Assembly: GCA_013416795.1 (NCBI GenBank)
Contig: RQSC01000010.1
Coordinates: 235,437 to 299,436, forward strand
Source: Prasinococcaceae sp. CCMP 1430
Taxonomy: Eukaryota > Plantae > Prasinodermophyta
Length of the DNA: 64,000 nucleotides
Direction: 5' to 3'
Of this stretch, positions 60,422 through 64,000 are shown one piece after another. Made by a program: the position numbers and the translations under genes. Each line of letters begins with the position of its first letter. Position 1 is the first letter of the stretch. A model generated the notes under the pieces. The model saw only the letters and a list, made by a program, of their open reading frames with translations. It was not told the DNA's origin and made no database searches.

Positions 60422-60545
60422 ATGCCTAGATCGCAAAGAAACGACAATTTTATTGATAAAACATTCACTATTGTGGCAGACCTTTTGCTACAAGTGATTC
60501 CCACCACCCAGCGAGAAAAAGAAGCCTTTACCTATTACAGAGATG
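60422..60545 (+). CDS. ycf3: Second ycf3 (streptophyte-type), exon 1
   Basis: 124 nt: [41 protein letters not shown]+G. Confidence 0.95.
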
Positions 60546-61217
60546 GTGTGGCTTGTTTTTCCAATTAGCCTTTGGGCTAAGCTTAAATCAAGCTAAAGCA
60601 GTAGATATATAGCCAACTCACGCTGAGTAAAGGTAAGCCCTTTTTGATGGTGATTCCTTTTGCCGTGCTCTTTCGGTTAAAACAGTGGTCCAGGTGGTTC
60701 TCGTTTGCATGACTGCCTGACGCGATCATAAAAGCTTAGTATATTCAAGGTTACTTGTTAACCCTTAGCCCTTTAAATAAACTAAAAACCAATAGCAGGA
60801 AAAGTTACAAGAAAACAAAATTCAACAGGCCTTAAGCCCTTAGTTAATCCAAAAACCTAGGATAGCCTAAGCGCTCTAGGTACAGAGTTTTATGGCTAGG
60901 ATGGTGGGCTTCCATCTCGCCCACCTTACATGAGCCCAGAGAGCCATTCGGGGAAATGCTTGTGTCTTATTCCTGATAAACACATAGTGTGAGAACAAGT
61001 ATAGGGCAAGTTGAATTCTTTTCAGAATTTCGCTTACTCCTCAGGATCGCTAAGTATGTACACCTCAAACCTTAGCTCCCTGCTGCTTAGGATAATTTGA
61101 TTTGCACTAAGCAAACCATAGATTTCATTAGGCTGGCTGGGAGGAGCCTTATGAGGCGAAAACCGCACGTATGGTTTTGTAACGGCGCCTACATTTTCAT
61201 GATCCGGCGACCGCAAC
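60546..61217 (+). other. Group II intron (ycf3 position 124), 672 nt, no ORF
   Basis: 5' GTGTG; domain V GAGCCTTATGAGGCGAAAACCGCACGTATGGTTT near 61144; A at -8; 3' AAC. Confidence 0.9.
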
Positions 61218-61447
61218 GAATGTCAGCTCAATCAGAAGGAGAATATGCCGAAGCTTTACAAAACTATTATGAAGCCATGCGCTTAGAGATAGATCCCTAT
61301 GATCGGAGCTATATTTTGTATAATATAGCGCTAATTCATACCAGCAATGGAGAACATGCTAAAGCCTTAGAATATTATTTCCAAGCTTTAGAGCGAAATC
61401 CATCTTTACCTCAAGCCTTCAACAATATGGCCGTGATCTGTCATTAT
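61218..61447 (+). CDS. ycf3: Second ycf3, exon 2
   Basis: 230 nt: (G)[31 protein letters not shown]...NNMAVICHY. Confidence 0.96.
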
Positions 61448-62191
61448 GTACGCCCCCCCACTTTTTGCAGGTTTGACCTTATGGTTTTCCGTCTGCTAAC
61501 GGAGAAAGATCCCCTCCTCAAGGGTCCAGCGATTTTTTTTAGCTGGAGGTGAAATGTTTTTTACCGCTACACAACACAATATTTTTGTGTAGGGCTGATC
61601 TATATCTCCATGGACAAGCAAAGTAAAGCAAAGCAAGGTGAAAGAATGACATTAGCGTCGTTAAGATTGCGAACTGGCTTTTGTTGCCTTCGACTTTGGC
61701 CCTAGCTAGATCTGCAATGCTCAACCTTAGTGTAATAGTTAGGTTGGCAACCTTATCAGCAGCGATGTAGAATTCCGTCCTCCAGAGATGGCTTTGATAG
61801 AAAAAAGAGGTGAAAAGCCAGGACGATAAATAAATACGTCATTTACTCAAGCCCAAACTGCATACAGAAAGGGGGGTTTTTTTTTCTAAGCCTGAAGATA
61901 AAAAAAGGACGCTCAAAACAGCTGTATACTTACTAATCTTAGCTGGTTATAGCCAAGCATGAGCGGTCGGCTTTTATAACAAGTATGTATGTGGTATATT
62001 TGAAAAATCCAGAAAAATCTCATGACCTCGTCCTAGAAAATTCAATGTGAGAAAACGTCCTATTTTTTACTATAATTCACAGATACATGCTTTCCATTTT
62101 CTATTCTAGCGAAGTGCCGACTGAGCCGTATGATGTGGAAACTGTCAAGTACGGTTCTTAGGGGAGGAGGCAAGAGTCTACCTATCCCATC
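61448..62191 (+). other. Group II intron (ycf3 position 354), 744 nt, no ORF
   Basis: 5' GTACG; domain V GAGCCGTATGATGTGGAAACTGTCAAGTACGGTTC at 62123-62157; domain VI ...CCTATCCCATC with A at -8. Confidence 0.88.
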
Positions 62192-62347
62192 CGAGGAGAG
62201 CAAGCTATTGAGCAAGGAGATTCTGAAAGTTCTGAAGCCTGGTTTGATCAAGCTGCCACCTATTGGAAACAAGCCATTGCATTGGCCCCTAATAACTATA
62301 TAGAAGCCCAGAATTGGCTCAAAGTCACAGGGCGAATTTCAGAGTAA
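62192..62347 (+). CDS. ycf3: Second ycf3, exon 3
   Basis: [51 protein letters not shown]; spliced frame is 169 aa and intact. Confidence 0.95.
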   Translation, partial: RGEQAIEQGDSESSEAWFDQAATYWKQAIALAPNNYIEAQNWLKVTGRISE

Positions 62348-62487
62348 ATGGCTTTTAAGCTCAATGCATTATCCGAAAAAAAGGAAAGACTAAAGTAAAA
62401 AGTTACGCTTTAATGATTACATAGCGTTTTGGTATGTATTGAGATACTAAATCGCGAACTCTACTTATAAATTACTTTTTTGTACCT

Positions 62488-62510
62488 TGGCCCTCTGAGT
62501 CAGAGGGCCA
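62488..62510. terminator. GC-rich hairpin downstream of the second ycf3
   Basis: tggccctctg-agt-cagagggcca followed by TTTTT. Confidence 0.6.
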
Positions 62511-63945
62511 TTTTTGTTTTTGTAAAGTCCATTTTTCCAAATTACAGCGAAACAAAGTACCTCAGTAATGGTCATGTGAAAAACATCCGGTCCCTTTTTC
62601 CATCTAATATCTGTTAAAAAACACAGAATTTTTGTCAACACAGGCAAGTTTATATGTGTATGTGTATTAGAAAAGGCCAAAACTGATATCTACAGTGTCA
62701 ATTTTGTGTGAAAAGCTAATCTTATGAAGCCATCAAGATTTGAAAATGGGAATTGAAGATTCCTCTGGCCGACTAGATTGCCGAAGAAAGTGTTCCAAGA
62801 AGTCTGAGAACAAAGCAAGACTATTAGTACACTTAGTACTCAGAATATTTGAGGAACTTGTCAAGCCAAAACCGAGTCTGACCTGGAGATAAAAAAATGG
62901 TGATGTTAGTATTCAGAAACAGATCAAATGAAGTATCTTGGCTGGAATTTTTTTTCAAGTAGCGCAAGCTTTGGTCATAAAGTTTTTTAGATGCAGGTTG
63001 GCTCTCTACTTGACTAGTCAACAAGAAGGCCTCATAAATAGTACAAGGCATCGGAATGCTCTCGCCAAACGTTCGGCATCAAAAACTTTTACTAATACTG
63101 AGTTTGCGCCATCTTATCTGAATAGTCTCTTTTGGAATCATGTTTTGGTACGTCAGAGTTTAGAGTAGGTGCTTTCCAATGTGTATTAATCAGTCGAAAA
63201 GTGCTTCATTTCGGTCCTCTTTTTGCAGTCAGTTCCAAACCAGTGGGCACAGCTTGGTATATTTACCTTTTACAGGCCAAACTGTTTAAAGCCAAAGCCA
63301 TGGCTCCGTCTAATATTTGAAACAATATAGATGAACATATTCAAAAATAAGGAAATCCATGAAGTGTTGGTCTTTGATCTGAGTCTAGACGCCAAAAATT
63401 AGCATCAAGTATTACTACTTCCAAACCATTACTAATCCCGCCAGCATCTTTGATGCTATATAAAGAAGTGGGACCAACAGGAATTTCAGTGGCAAAAACA
63501 TTGTGCGAAACATTCTTTCCAATTATTGACTTTAAGAAAAAGACTGATCTGGTTTTAATATATTGGCAAACTGCTTAGGCTTTTCAAACTCCAGTATTAG
63601 ATGGTCGAAGGTTTTTCTAAACAAATTTATTTATTTCTTGTTCGTCTAACCTATTGATGGTTCCTTTTCTTTGATGCTACGCTACAATTGGCATTGGAAG
63701 CGAGTATTTTGGCCAAAGCGAAACATTATGCCAAAAGGGCCAGGAATTAGATTTGATTTTTTTCCATATCGATGATATTATACTCAGGAATACAGTGGTG
63801 CAATCACACTTACGGACAACTTAGTAAACCAAGAAGTTGCCTATTTCTTTTAAAAAAATAGCCCAGATAGCCAAACAGATAGACAGACAGACAAATAGAG
63901 AAAAAACCAAGCGAACACTATGTGTTTTTGACCTAAGATTTGAAG

Positions 63946-64000
63946 ATATAGCTAGACCTTAGAATCTCTTTTACTTGTCACTTCTAAGGTCTAGCTATAT
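63946..64000. repeat. 19-bp inverted repeat reaching the window end
   Basis: atatagctagaccttagaa-17 nt-ttctaaggtctagctatat. Confidence 0.8.

Noticed and set aside
61097-61552. 151-aa ORF that could be taken for an intron maturase or novel gene
   Set aside because: It is ycf3 exon 2 read through into flanking intron sequence; no RT or X domain, and both introns are too short (672 and 744 nt) to encode one.
62060-62272. 70-aa minus-strand ORF
   Set aside because: Antisense to intron domain V/VI and ycf3 exon 3.
63865-63900. Short AGAC/AGAT iterations
   Set aside because: Low-complexity microsatellite-like stretch, too short and irregular to interpret.

Overview
Bases 1 to about 60,350 are a compact, AT-rich, intron-free green-algal chloroplast genome. 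It carries photosystem, ATP synthase and cytochrome b6f genes, rbcL, one rRNA operon, about 26 tRNA genes and a 9.7-kb ribosomal-protein superoperon. It also keeps rarely retained genes: ftsI, ftsW, minD, rbcR/ycf30, rpl21, rpl22, rps15, rps16 and ycf66. From my recollection of published plastomes this set fits an early-diverging prasinophyte-grade lineage (Prasinococcus/Palmophyllophyceae-like); the placement is inference. At about 60,350, within the last codons of petN, the sequence changes character. The final 3.65 kb carries a second, streptophyte-type ycf3 split by two group II introns at the classic positions 124 and 354, followed by gene-poor DNA. A chimeric join (misassembly or concatenation) is the simplest explanation; plastid-to-plastid transfer is the alternative to exclude. 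The main leads in the algal part are an FtsL-like ORF directly upstream of ftsI, an orphan 424-aa ORF with faint RNase E/G-like motifs, a genome-wide TATGGTATAMT extended -10 motif, and an identical inverted trnE duplicate. All calls come from reading the sequence by eye; no database searches were run.
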